From the NCBI RefSeq assembly GCF_009914755.1, contig NC_060931.1: 64,000 bases of DNA. One strand, written 5' to 3'. The position numbers and the translations under genes were made by a program. Position 1 is the first letter of the stretch. Each line of letters opens with the position of its first letter. The stretch is from the human T2T-CHM13v2.0 reference genome, Homo sapiens. The notes under the pieces were generated by a model. The model was given only the letters and a program-made list of their open reading frames with translations, made no database searches and was not told the DNA's origin. Below are positions 16,200 to 34,606 of this stretch, piece after piece.

Positions 16200-17850
16200 T
16201 TAGCTGGACGTGGTAGCAAGCGCCTGTAATCCCAGCTACTTGGGGGGCTAAGGCATGAGAATCAGTGAACCTGGAAAGCGGAGGTTGCAGTGAGCTGAGA
16301 TCGCGCCACTGCACTCCAGCCTAGGCGACAGAGCGTGACTCTGTCTTAAAAAAAAAAAAAAAAAGTGCTCAAGTCTTTGCCATCCTAAAAACAGGAGGGA
16401 GAAGGGGTACCTGATTTGAAACGGAAGGAAGGGTGTGTGAGGTAAGGCCATTCCGCCTGCAAGAGAAGAAGGAAGACTGGGAGCCTTTCAGGAAGACTGG
16501 GTGGGACTCCTGACTGTGGCAGGGGATAGGAGGCCTTGGGGCTCATGTCCTGTGGCTACGCTGTTAGGGTGCAGGGCAGGCTGGGGTCCCAGTCTGGGCA
16601 GCAATGAGAAGCGGGGTGGCTATGATGCAGTGTTTGCCTGAAACTCCTGCTGAAACTTAATCCCCAGTGTGGCGGTGTTGAGAAGGTGATCTCATCTCTC
16701 TTTCAATGCCAGCCCCTCTTTCTTCTTCCCCTCTTTGTAGAGAAACTTATCAAAGGAGCTGTTTATCTGCTGTTTCACCACCTCACCCTTATGACCACAA
16801 GCTTTCCAGCTGTCTCTAATTTGGCATCTATCCTGCCTTTGCACTTACTAATCTATGCTTATTATTGAGTGGCCAAGTCTATAAGTCTACCATCTACATT
16901 TTAGTCCTCATCTTGCACAAACTCTTAGCAGCATTTAATAACATAGGCTGGGCATGGTGGCAACCCAGTGCTTTAGGAGGTGGAGGTGGGAGGATAGCCT
17001 GAGGCCAGGAGTTCAAGACCAGCCTGCACAATCTAGCAAGACCCCATTTCTACAAAAAATGAAATAAAAAGATCATCCAGGTGTGGTGGCGTGCACCTGT
17101 AGTCCTAGCTACATGGGAGGCTGAGGCAGGAGGATGGCTTGAGCCCAGGTCAAGGTTGCAATAAGCCACGATTGGGCCACTGTACTCCAGCCTGGGTGAG
17201 AGAGAGAGACCCTGTTTCTAAACAAGAATAACCATGATGATGATGATAATAATACAGACTGCTCCAGTCTCTCAACTTCCTCCTTCCTGTCTGCCTGCCT
17301 CCTCCGCTTGGTCTTTGCATGTCAGGAGTCCTCTCTTCTCACCTGGTATCTCTGGGTACCTCATCCTGGCTGGTGAGATTTTCCATATGCTGATGACTCT
17401 CAAAGTCCTATCACCATAAAACCCAAGGAGATTAAAAAAAAAAATCCTATCTACAGTCTGTATTTTCCAAACTTTCTAGTCCATTCAACCTCCCAATGAA
17501 TTATTTTTACTCAGATGTCTCACAGGCCCTTCTCAGCACATTGGCAACCAACGTTTCCCAGACTGAATTCGTGATTATTTCTCTCCAAAGCAGATGTTTA
17601 TACTAGTTCTCACCCCAATAAATGATACTAACATCTTCCACGACCCCTTTCACCAAACTCCTATGTGGGTCTGTGATTAAATGTCCCTTCCTCAGGGTGG
17701 CCCTTCTGGAGACCCTTGGTCTACCTTAGGTTGCCTCCCGTTTTACCCTTTCAAAGCCCCTCTATTTTTCTTTCAGTCTTTTTTTTTGGCCAGGCACGGT
17801 GGCTCATGTAGGTAATCCCAGCACTGTGGGAGGCTGAGGTGGGCAGATCA

Positions 17851-18114
<264 letters not shown>

Positions 18115-18822
18115 CTAGACCTTAGCATGAGCCACAGTCCTTGGCTTGGTTCTTCCCTTCCTACAGGTAAGACCCAATGAGTATTTTAACCACTACGATA
18201 ACTCCACGTTTGTCCTTTGGACAAAAGAAACATCACTGTGTTTGCTGAGAATCACAAGAATTTCAGTAGAATACAATTTAACGGCAGTAAGAGCGACCAA
18301 GAGGAGTAAGCCAAGGTCTCTGCTGGTGCGTGCGCTCCTGTTCTGGCCACAGCTACAAAGCAGGCACTGTGTGCTGTCCTTCATGGAAGACGCCTGTGTT
18401 ACCCACCACAAACCAGCACCCTCCTCACCCTCAACCAAGGCCTTTAAGTGCCATCTATTTTAGGATCCTGCGGGGAGAACGCTGGGAGCTGTCAGTAGCT
18501 GCCCACTCTCTTCTGAGGGGGCACTGCTGTGTTCCCGGACTCTCTACAGACCTTACGTCCTATCACTGGTAACTGAGCCACCTGGGGGATGGATGGTCGT
18601 GTGACCTGTCCCAAGTTGGAAAGCAAATCAGGAAGGAGCAGCATTAGAATGCATCTTTCACACTCCTGCATTCCACAGTAGAATGTATTACACTCCATGT
18701 TTTTACGGTCAAAGCAGAACTTCTCTGCTTCTCATCTATCTATTATTTCTTTTCATTTAGTCCGTCACGATGAGCAAATACCCATCTATTTATCTTCACC
18801 CTAATAAATTCCTTAGCAATCA

Positions 18823-19110
<288 letters not shown>

Positions 19111-20204
19111 TCAGAGGCCAGGCAGTACATTTCCCATACAGGGGAAATCATTTTAAGAATTACATGTGTAGAAAAGAATAACATTTGTTCTAATTACTCT
19201 ATAAGGAAGTTACCAGCCCTATAAGACAGATGAGAAAACGGTGGCTCAGAGAGGTTAAACAAAACTGTCTGGAGCCGACAGACTAGTTTTACTACTAAAG
19301 AAGTATAGTTGGGGATTTAAACCAATCTTACAGCCATCTTCTTTCCATACCATATTTACGAACAACTATTTTTTTTCTATTACAGAATACGTAAGAGAGA
19401 CAGTCAAAGAATCTATGGGGAGTTGGAAGATCAAGCAACAGATCTTAATAAAGTTAGTTCTCAACCATACTTGACCATATAACACACTAAATGCCAGTTT
19501 AGATCACAAATAATGACAATGATTGAAGTTTTTAAAAACCAAACTGTTTACATCTTGATATGAGATCTGGTTAAACAGATGTATAGTATACGCTGTATAC
19601 AAATCTCACATCAAAAGAAAAAAGATATTCCACTCTGGGTAATGACCTGCATGCTGAAGTACTTAGAGGGAAGTGTACTCATGTTTTTGCAATTTACTTT
19701 GAAATGCATTATCATGAAATGAAACATAACAAAGATGTGCTGATGGACAGACAGAGGACATATGTATGATAAAGAGGATACAGTAAACTGTTAACTAGTA
19801 CCAGTGGTAGGTATATAAATCATCAACGTAAAATATTTCAATTTTTCTGTAGGTTTGAAAATTTTCATAATAAAATGTTAAGAGTTTTGGCCAATTCTTG
19901 TTTTGCTTTAGGAATTTGCTTTGTAGGATTAAAGATATGGAGAATTCGTTCAATTCTTTGTGGGAAAAGGAAGATAAGAATTACAAGGAAAGATAGAAGT
20001 TAAAGACAGACAGAATTCAAAGTGGCTCAGACTGGGAGATCGCACTGAAGTATAGATATATTCTGAAATCCTATGTCCCTCGGCTAGTCTTTAAAAACTT
20101 GTCCCAACAAAGCACTTTCTTCCCACAGAGATAACAACAACAACAACAACAACAAAGCACAGCATTTCCAGGCAGTGACTGCAAAACATGAACATGACAC
20201 TTGC

Positions 20205-20307
20205 CTTTGTCTCATCTTGGCTGGCCAGCAGACTGCTACTGGGATTTATAATGATTCTGTCTTCTCTCTTTGGATAATCTGGGTTTTCCAGAAGAAAATT
20301 ACAAAGT
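20205..20307 (-). CDS. RNF216: RNF216 exon 6 (103 nt): (V)[36 protein letters not shown] donor
   Basis: ORF 20091..20363. Acceptor tttctgcag. Donor AAG|gcaagt keeps frame into exon 7. Confidence 0.95.
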
Positions 20308-23300
20308 CTGCAGAAACAAATGATGTTACTTTCATACTGCTTCCAAATCCCACACCTGCCCATTGCTTCAAATGCAATGGTTGAAGAATATAGTCCTTAG
20401 TCACACATTACAACTGGCCTATCAAGAAATTAAGATGTTTGTAGCCCAGAAAAACTAAACCAATAAACAAACAACTGCACTGAATTTCTATCTTTGTGAA
20501 AGACAAAAAAATTTAAAAAGCAATGAACATACTGATTAAGGCAAACTCCTCTGAAGTTTATGTATCAATTGGGTGTTAATGTAATGAAGTCACTGAAACT
20601 ATTATTGGTTAAACTACAAAACTGGAAAATTTTAAGAAAAGCAGCTACTCTTTGTCGAGAAAACTATGAACAAGTAAGAAGTGGAAAACTGTGTGTTCAC
20701 ATTTACAGTAAAAAACAGTCTGCTAAGAGATGTAATAAATGAAATATAAAAGACCTTCTGTTAATTCATTAATACTTTTTATACCCCTGTGGTAACATAA
20801 ATCTCTATGGTAATAATAAAGCTCTATGAGCCATTGAGTTACACGTGGTTTATTTAGCTAGCTGCTAAGCTAGACTGATGAACAGATCATGTTTTCCTAT
20901 GAACAGACTCTCTTCACACAAAACCCACTAGCTTTGTCTATTATCACCATGAAATACTTCCAAAGTAAGGCTATATAGAGTGAGATAACACACACTGATG
21001 TATCACCACCCAGACCCAACACATGTTAACTATCCAGGCTCTTCACAGTCAAATCAGACAACCACCTTGGAACAACTGCACAGTAGTGCAGACAGAGTGG
21101 GTGGGGTACAGCTCTAGCCACATTCAGTAGCAAGGAAGCTTCTTTGCTCGGAGGGTAATGGGGACTTCCCCTTTTCTCTGTTCTTTCTCTTGCTCCAGTA
21201 GATTTCTAAGATGACCTCCTAGGTGCTATACCTGCAGTTCTCACACACTTCCCTTTCTACTGGTTCTCTTTTGCCAGATGTCAATAGTAAGGCCTGTAAT
21301 AGTAGAACAGGAGGTCTGGCAGAAAGAGGGTAGAGAAAAAGTGCTCAGCTCTGCTCCTTTTCTCATCCAGGTGCCAGTGTTTGGGGACCGGTTTGGAGAG
21401 GTTCATTGATTCTGCAGCCCCCGCCGGGGACCCACGTCAAAGCCTTCTCCCTCATCCTGACATCTCAATGCATTTCCCTTTGCCGTTACTTCAGGAGTCC
21501 CATATACTCTTCATCTCTAAGCTCCCCGCTTCCCTACCACCACAGCCTGCCCAGTCCACGGAACACAACGCCTGAGGCCCAAAGAGAGGAAAAAAAGCAG
21601 CAAACTCCTCCTATTACAGAGGGCGACAAGAATTCAGAGTACATTTTCCTATAAAACCATTGTCATCAGTGGTAATTCTCCATCCTAGAATTCACTGGTG
21701 TGCACTGAGGTTATGCAAACCTTTGAAGGCTGACCTGAGAATTAGCCACCAGCAAAAATCGCGTCTGTAGGGAAAGGCCTGAGTTCCAGACAACTCATTA
21801 CATGTGCATATTTGATGTGGCGACAAACCAGACACGGACTAGCTTTAAAATGGTCTGTTTTTACGTGTTTTCTCAAGTAAATGATACATAAATACACCTC
21901 TACATGAAATACAGATGGAACAGTAGATATGATTTCTTGAAAAAACAAAACATGTTTGAGAGGTTCATCTCTCCCCAATTCATTTTATATTTGCAACAAT
22001 ATTAAGAACTTCAAATACTGAAATGCTACAGACATGAAGTTCCACATGACAGAAATCAGAAGCTCTCACTATAAACTGTCAAAATTCATTTCTAGTTTAA
22101 TCCCTTCATTATGTTTACCAACACAACTCTTCTGGAGGTTAAGTGACATTTGGAGGCACAGAAAATGAAGGACAAAGTTTTTCTTCTACAGAAACAAGTG
22201 GTAGCCTCTGTTCTAATATCTGCACCCTGGGGCAAAAGCAGTGGGGAAGCCTGTCGGACTTCAATCTGCCCACCTCTTCATATGACCTCATGTTTGAGCT
22301 GATCTGACATGCTAGCAGTTCTAGAGAAGTCACTCCTGCAAAGTAAGCCAGGCTAGTACTCCAACCTTTCAACCCTTAGATAGTTGTTGCTGCCTTCATC
22401 CAACTGAAGTTGACCACGTGTGAGTGAAAGGTCTAAGTTAACCAGCCAAAGTAGATTACCTGCCATGTGGTTCTCTAATGAATAGGCTTCCTGCTTAAAA
22501 TGGCCAGACGGTTCCATCTGAAGGCCATTTAAAGATGCACATAAAGCAACTGAGACTGAGCTACAACAAAATCCCAGCCTGCTCAACTCAGCTTTGGGCC
22601 TTATTTCCAGTTTCCATTAACATTTTAGTTTAGTTGTGGAGTTAACACTGTCCTAGGAGTCCAGAGAATAATGGAAAGGAAAGCAGTGTCAGGAAAACAA
22701 GACTGGCTTGAAAAGATGCAATACAATGACTGTACATTCCCTTGCTTTTTGGATTTCACGAGAATTTTAATGTGTTTAAGGATCAGTGTTTGTTTCTGAG
22801 TGACACAAAAAGCACAGAGGGTCAGCAAGTCCCTAAAAATAAGTACACGTGTGAGACTCAGGAAGTAGGAGAACAGAACTGTAAGAGAAGGTATCAATTT
22901 GATTACGTTTTAGTGATTTTTCTAGACAATCTTGAAGATATATTTAAACATGATGTTCATTTGCAGAAGGAGAGAAAAACATTGAATATACTCAATTTCT
23001 ATGAGGTTAAACTGTTAAAAAATACTAAAACATGGTATCTGGTATTCAAATCATTGTTCTATAAATGAGCTAAGTTTATACTTTTCTCTATCATTTACAT
23101 TTTCTGTAATGAACAAACCTGTATTACATTTCATAACCAGGAAAACATTAACCAAAAAAAAAAAAAAAGGAATTCAAAGAGAAGAGAGAAGTAAACAATT
23201 CACACGCAAGGGAAATACAATTAGTAAACAAATATTTGAAAAACACAGCCAATTAGCAAAGAAATGTCACTTATGCTACTTCATGCCTACTCTAGTTAAC

Positions 23301-24104
23301 TACAAAAAATAACATCATAACTCAGTATTGTCGAAGAGTTGTTAAAGCAATTCACACATATAAGTTGCTTTTTAGATGAGTAGAAGCCTACAAGAAAGTT
23401 TTCATTGTAAAAATGTAGTCATTGCTGCTCAATTTTCCTATAAACCTAAAACTGCTCTAAAAAAATAAAGCTTAGTAATTTAAAAAAATGTAGTTATTAT
23501 CATGCCACTTAGAAACCCAAAAAGAAAGTATTTTAAAAGCTTAGGAGGGGAAAAAAATCTCCAACAAACAATTCTGCTGGAAGACACAAACATAGCCAAT
23601 AGGAAGGTGGATGCCAGGGTGTGGGGCAAGTAGAGTTCAGGAGACAAGCAGGAGAATGTTCACAGCTACATTATTTGTGACAGTCAGAACTCAAATGCCT
23701 ATCAAAAGTAGATGGAAAATTTCATTGCTAAGTGGTATAAATGGAATACCATTTAGCAATGGAAAATATATAAACTGTGGTTCTACCCTACATGAATAAA
23801 CTTAACATAATGCTGAGTGAAAAGAAATCAGACTCAAAAGACTATAGACTATACAAAATCTTTATGTAGTGTTCAAAAAGGATAGCAACGTTCTATTTCT
23901 TGAAGATTTCTGGGTTGTGGTTACACAAATGTTTGGTTTGTGATAAATTATTGAGCTGTGCATCTTTACTTTGTTCATTTTTCTTTATGTATATTATATT
24001 CTATAATAACCAAGTTTAAAAACTATACACAATAAAGAATATGTGGAAAGGCTTCAGAAGAGTGAGTAACTGGCATGTAAATAACCAAATGGCTTTCAAG
24101 GTTA

Positions 24105-24311
<207 letters not shown>

Positions 24312-24313
24312 TC

Positions 24314-24317
24314 AAAA

Positions 24318-24360
<43 letters not shown>

Positions 24361-24362
24361 AA
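24314..24362 (+). repeat. (AAAT)n tetranucleotide repeat in an Alu tail
   Basis: Directly visible. Confidence 0.93.
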
Positions 24363-25386
24363 GGTTTGCAGGGCATGGTGGCTCACGTCTCCCAGCACTT
24401 TGGGAGGCTGAGACAGTGGGATAACTTGAGGTCAGGAGTTCGAGACCAGCCTGGCCAACATGGTGAAACCCTATCTCTACTAAAAATACAAAAACTAGCT
24501 GGGCGGTGGGCACCTGTAATCCAAGCTACTCAGGAGGCTGAGGCAGAAGAATCGCTCGAACCCAGAAGACGGAGGTTGCAGTGAGCCAGGATCACGCCAC
24601 TGCACTCCAGCCTGGGCAAGAGAGTGAGACTTCGTCTCAAAAAAAATAAATAAATAAAAAAGAGTTTGTGTAATCCAAAAACTTCAAGACAGGAGTCTAA
24701 AGTCGTTTCAAACTGACACTGCCCTTGGGGACTTGAAAGAAGCAAAAGCAATAATCTCTAAAGAAACCAACTCTATCAAGAACTCAAGATATGAGCTTAG
24801 AGTCAAATTTAGAAAATACACAAGAAAACTAGGCACCATGGGAGCCAGCAGGAAGAACAGAATATGATTCCCAAGAACTTAACATATCAGAACAATCAAA
24901 CTCACAGAGAAGCTATGTTTATTGGTTAAAGAAATTAAAAAAAGATTAAAAATATAGGCAAAGAGCAAAACTCTAGGAAAATAACCAAGAGAATTAAAAG
25001 CTAAAATTTCATAACTGAAAACCAGTAACACGGTAGATGAGTTAAAAGGAGATTACACTCTACTGAAGAGAAATTTGTGGGCTAAAAGAACACCCCTGAA
25101 GAAATCATCCAGAACGCATCTCAGAGACAAAGAGGTGGACTTAGAGACATGGAGATTGTGGGAGAAGAGTTACAGAAGACAGGAAACAGCTACAAAATTT
25201 CCAGAACTGACCAACACCACCAATCTATGGCCTGGTAGTGTACACTCTTAACGGTTTTGCCTTACTGACAAGCATGTTAAGTAAAATTGATAAAGATTAA
25301 GGGAAGGCCAGGTGCAGTGGGTCACACCTGTAATCCCAGCACTTTGGGAGGCCGAGGCAGATGGATCACCTGAGGTCAGGAGTTCA

Positions 25387-27043
<1,657 letters not shown>

Positions 27044-27992
27044 TAAATCTGATGACAGTGGTTGCCTCTGTACAGAGGTGGGATCAGACAAGGCCACTAA
27101 TGGCTCCAACAGTGTCATTGTACAAATTAGAAAAAAGTACCTACATTGGGCTAAGCACCTGGAAAGGGGCCCTTCCTTCTCAGCCTTGGCAGGGAAGAAA
27201 CTCACCTGCAACCTTGACTGAGAACTACAGTATAAGATAGGAACTTTGGGGAAAGGTGTTTAGTGAACTATTTTGTTTAAATTTACCACCAGGCTGGGCA
27301 CGGTGGCTTATGGCTGTAATCCCAGCACTTTGAGAGGTGGAGGTGAGCAGATCATGAGGTCAGGGTTTCAAGACCAGCCTGACCAACATGATGAAACCCT
27401 GTCTCTACTAAAAATACAAAAATTAGCCGGACAGGGTGGAGTACGCCTGTAATGCCAGCTACTCAGGAGACTGAGCAGGAGAACTGCTTGAACCTGGGAG
27501 GTGGAGACTGCTGTTTAAGCCAAGATCGCACCACTGCACTCTAGCCTGGGCAACAGAATAAGACTGTCTCCAAAAAAAAAAAAAAAAAATTACAATTATT
27601 TCACCTCTGCAGATTAGAAGGAGGGGAAAGAGTATATTTTTCATTTTATATTCTTCAGGAAAACTTATTTTTTAAAAAAGCATATTTACCACTTATAAAA
27701 AATTTTTTTAAAATAAGAGACAAGGTCCCACTCTGGCTCCCAGGCTGGAGTGCAGTAGCGTAACACAGCTCACTGCAGCCTTGAATTCCTGGACTCAGGC
27801 AATCCTCTTGCCTCAGCCTCCCAAAGTGCCAGAATTAAAGGTGTGAACCATATGTCTGGCCCGTATTTATCCCTTTTATAATGAAAATTAAGAAATATGG
27901 CTGGGAGCGGTGGCTCACACCTGTAATCCCAGCACTTTGGGAGGCCGAGGCGGGTGGATCACGAGGTCAGGAGATCGAGACCATCCTGGCTA

Positions 27993-28272
<280 letters not shown>

Positions 28273-28399
28273 TTAACATCTTGACTAAAACACAGGTAGT
28301 ATCAACGCTTAGAAACAACTCAGTTATCATAATTCTATAACCATGCAGTATTCCATAAAATCCAGAAAACAGTCTGTGTATCACTAATGTCAGAACGAA

Positions 28400-28710
28400 C
28401 AAGGTCACTAAAAAAGACATAATGCCAAGTGAAATAAGCCAGTCAGAAAAGAACAAACACATGAGGTCCCTGATAGTAGCCAAATCCATATAGAAAGAAA
28501 GTAGGATGGTGGGTGCCACTGGCTTGGGAAGGGGATGGGGAGTGAGTGTTTAATGCGGACAGAGTTTCAGTTTGAGAAGATGAAAGAGTTCTGAAGATGG
28601 ATGGTGGTGATAGTTGCATAATAATGTGAATTTACTTAACAACACCAAATTGTATATTTAAAAATGATTAAAATGGTAAATTTTTTATTACATATATTTT
28701 ACCACCACCA
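28400..28710 (+). mobile_element. L1MA/MB-type 3' UTR end
   Basis: gacataatgccaagtgaaataagccagtcag...gatggtggtgatagttgc...aaaatggtaaatttt. Confidence 0.75.
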
Positions 28711-28745
28711 CCACCACCACAAAAAAAGCATGGTAGTATACTTAC

Positions 28746-28822
28746 ACATTCAGATCATAATAATTCTTAAAATGAATTATTTCCTCAATAAACCCATTTG
28801 CTACATCTGGAAATCTTGCTTC
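28746..28822 (-). CDS. RNF216: RNF216 exon 5 (77 nt): EARFPDVANGFIEEIIHFKNYYDLN(V)
   Basis: Read directly. Acceptor ttgtttctag, donor GT|gtaagt. Confidence 0.96.
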
Positions 28823-29148
28823 CTAGAAACAAATAAGAACATAATTTATATTTCATTCACTAGAATGGTTTCAAATGGCAATACAAGACAGATGGCAAAA
28901 AGTATAATAAAATGACTAAAGACTAGAAAAGGGCTGTGAAGCAGGTCTGTGTGTGTCTTCAAATTCAACACTAGTTCCCAGATTCATCTGTCTACATAGA
29001 AGATGAGGTCTAGAAAGGTCTTGAGAGATCTGGTTCTCTGTCCCCATTTTACAGATCCATTCTTCATTGCTTCAACAAATATTGAGCATCTCTGTCTAGA
29101 CAAAGGGAATCCAAACACAAATAAGTTACAATCTCATGCCAGCCCTCA

Positions 29149-29778
<630 letters not shown>

Positions 29779-30377
29779 TAGCCAGGATGGTCTTGATATC
29801 CTGATCTTGTGATCCACCCACCTTGGCCTCCCAAAGTGCTGGGATTACAGGTGTGAGCCAGCACGCCCAGCCCTTGTGTTACTCTTAATATCACCACTAA
29901 TAGAACTTTGTTGGATGACAGAAACACTGTCCTCCATGCTTGATGATGAGGTAAGCTGTTAGCCTCATGTGGCTACTAAGGTTAAGATGTGACTGATGCC
30001 ACTGGAAAATTTTATTTAACTGTAAGACATTTAAATGTAAACAGCCACAAGGAGCTAGTAAGTGCCATATTGGACAGCATAGGTCTAGGTAATTCAATAA
30101 AACTGCTTTAAGGGTTTCCATTTGGAGTGAACTCAAGGAATTTGAAAAAAACAAGGGACTGCAGGTATGACAGCACCAGGCCACCATGATATGCAGTTAG
30201 AATCCCAGAGAGCTTCCTGAAGGTTAAGTATAGTAAAGGAACCCTGATTCCATTTTCATGTCTTCAGAGTGTCTCTTCTATTCTGTACATCTAGATATAT
30301 ACTTCTTAGGAAAATGAAGTCCACGCATACCAACAACTTTTTTTTTTGCAATGAAAAAAAAAAAAGAAAAAAACTCA

Positions 30378-31262
<885 letters not shown>

Positions 31263-31470
31263 CTAAGAAAAAATGAAATTTTAATAATTCAATTTCTTTC
31301 CTATGCCTATCCCTCCTTATGTACTTATATTGAGCTTCCGAGATAGGACAGGAAAGAAACAAAAACACCATCTCCCTTAACAATACCTATTCTTTACATT
31401 TATCTTAACACTGAAATTTGATTACACTATATACTATCTGTAAGAATCAAAGTAGTCATTCATAGATTAA

Positions 31471-31782
<312 letters not shown>

Positions 31783-31998
31783 TGAACCCAGCCCTGAATT
31801 ATAATTTAACCTGAGACTACTAAAACAAAAATAACTCCACAGCAGATACAACAATGAAAGAATGCTAACACATCAGAAGAATAAGAAATGTTCAAAAAAC
31901 ATATAAAAAAATCTAAATCTCATTAGTAACTAGCAAAATGAAAAATTAAAACAAGACAGTATTTTTTTCCCTGTAAGACCGGCAAACTTTTAAATTAG

Positions 31999-32379
<381 letters not shown>

Positions 32380-34258
32380 TGAATTTAGGAGAGAAATTTG
32401 GCACTATTTATTAAAATAAAAAACGTAGGCCAGGCGTGGTGGCTCATGCCTGTAATCCCAGCATTCAGGGAGGCCAAGGCAGGCGGATCACGAGGTCAGG
32501 AGATCGAGACCATCCTGGCCAACATGGTGAAAATCCGTCTCTACTAAAAATACAAACATCAGCTGGACATGGTGGCGTGTGCCTGCAATCCCAGCTACTC
32601 GGGAGGCTGACGGAGCAGAATTGCTTGAACCAGGGAGTCAAGAGGTTGCAGTGAGCCAAGATGGTACCACAGCACTCCAGCCTGGAGACAGAGCAAGACT
32701 CTGTCTCAAATAAATAAATAAATACACAAATACATAAATATAAATAAAAAATGTATGTCTGTCATCATTTTTTCATACTGTTCTATAAACTCTATCGAAA
32801 AAGGGCATATACAAGAATATTCAGCATAAACAGAAAAAAGCCTAGAGACATTGTGAAGTTTGTCCCTGAGTGAATGGTTAAATAAACTATTACTTATTTG
32901 TTCTACAAAATACTCTACAACTGACCCCTACCAAAAAAAGAGGTAGCTCAGTCTGTACTGAAATGGGAAGCTTCACTAAGAAATGCCATTAAGTGAAGAA
33001 AAGCAAGCTGCAAAATCATACACAGAATGATTCCATTTACTTAAAATATGTCAATAAGACACAAACAAAATCATTTCTAAAAGTATGTATATGTACCCAC
33101 ATGTATATACACATGGATACATACAAATTCAAAGAAAAGACCTGGAAGGATACATGCTAAACTGGTAACAACAGTTCCTCTGGGAAGTCCCTAGAAGAAA
33201 GGAGATGGTGAATCTCAGGCTTTAGGGTGGGTCCCTGAGGACTATGCCACTGAAGTAAGGGCCAAGCTGGAAATACCCTGGACCTCCCAGGAACTGAATC
33301 GCAGCGTGGAGAGTTTAACTCCCTGAATGTGAGGTGCTGGTGCTCTTACTCTTCTTCAAGAAACCAATTAAGATCCTCTATAGAGAAACAACATCATACA
33401 GAATCCCAAAATTTTCATATACAATGACTTACACTCAATCAAAAATAACTAGGCATACAAGAACTTAATGCAGCAACAGAAAATCAAAACAAGAGAAGTA
33501 ACAGACAACAGAAACAAATATACAAGGGTTTCACACAGTGAAATTAACAACATGAATTCTAAAGTAACAGCATGTTTAGGGAAATCAAAGACTAGATTGA
33601 GAACTGCAGCCAAGAAGAAGAAGAATCGAACGCAAATTCCAGAATGGAAAAATACAATAACTAATACAAAAACTAAAAATACAATAACTAATGCTACATA
33701 TGGATATATAGCATTTTAAGTAAATACAGTTGAAGAGAGAAATTAGTGCATTGAAAGCCAGGTCAGAATAGCCATAGTAAGGCATAGACAAAATGCAACA
33801 TTAGATAAGAGAACACGTCAAGAACAAAAAGGTCTTCAAAACACATAACTGGAGTTGTAGAAGAGAAGAAGCTGTTTCTTTGGTAGAGGAGGAGGAAGGA
33901 AAACAAGGGAGGGAAGGGAAGGAGGGGGACACATAATGGTTAGTTCAAATAACCATTCGAACTAAATAAGGGAAAAAACATAAGGAGTCACAGATTAAGA
34001 CAAAGTAGAACAACAGTCTGTTTTGTTTAATTCTATAGAATATATTCAAAACCTCAAAGAATACATTGGTTCTGAAGACTCTACAAAACAAACAAACAAA
34101 CAAAAAACAACCCTCGAAGAAATAAAGAAAACTTCTGGCTAGGCACGGTTGGCTTATGCCTATAATCCCAGCACTTTGGGAGCCTGAGGCAGATGGATCA
34201 CCTGAGGTCAGAAGTTTGAGACCAGCCTGACCAACATGGTGAAACCCCATCTCTACTA

Positions 34259-34606
<348 letters not shown>

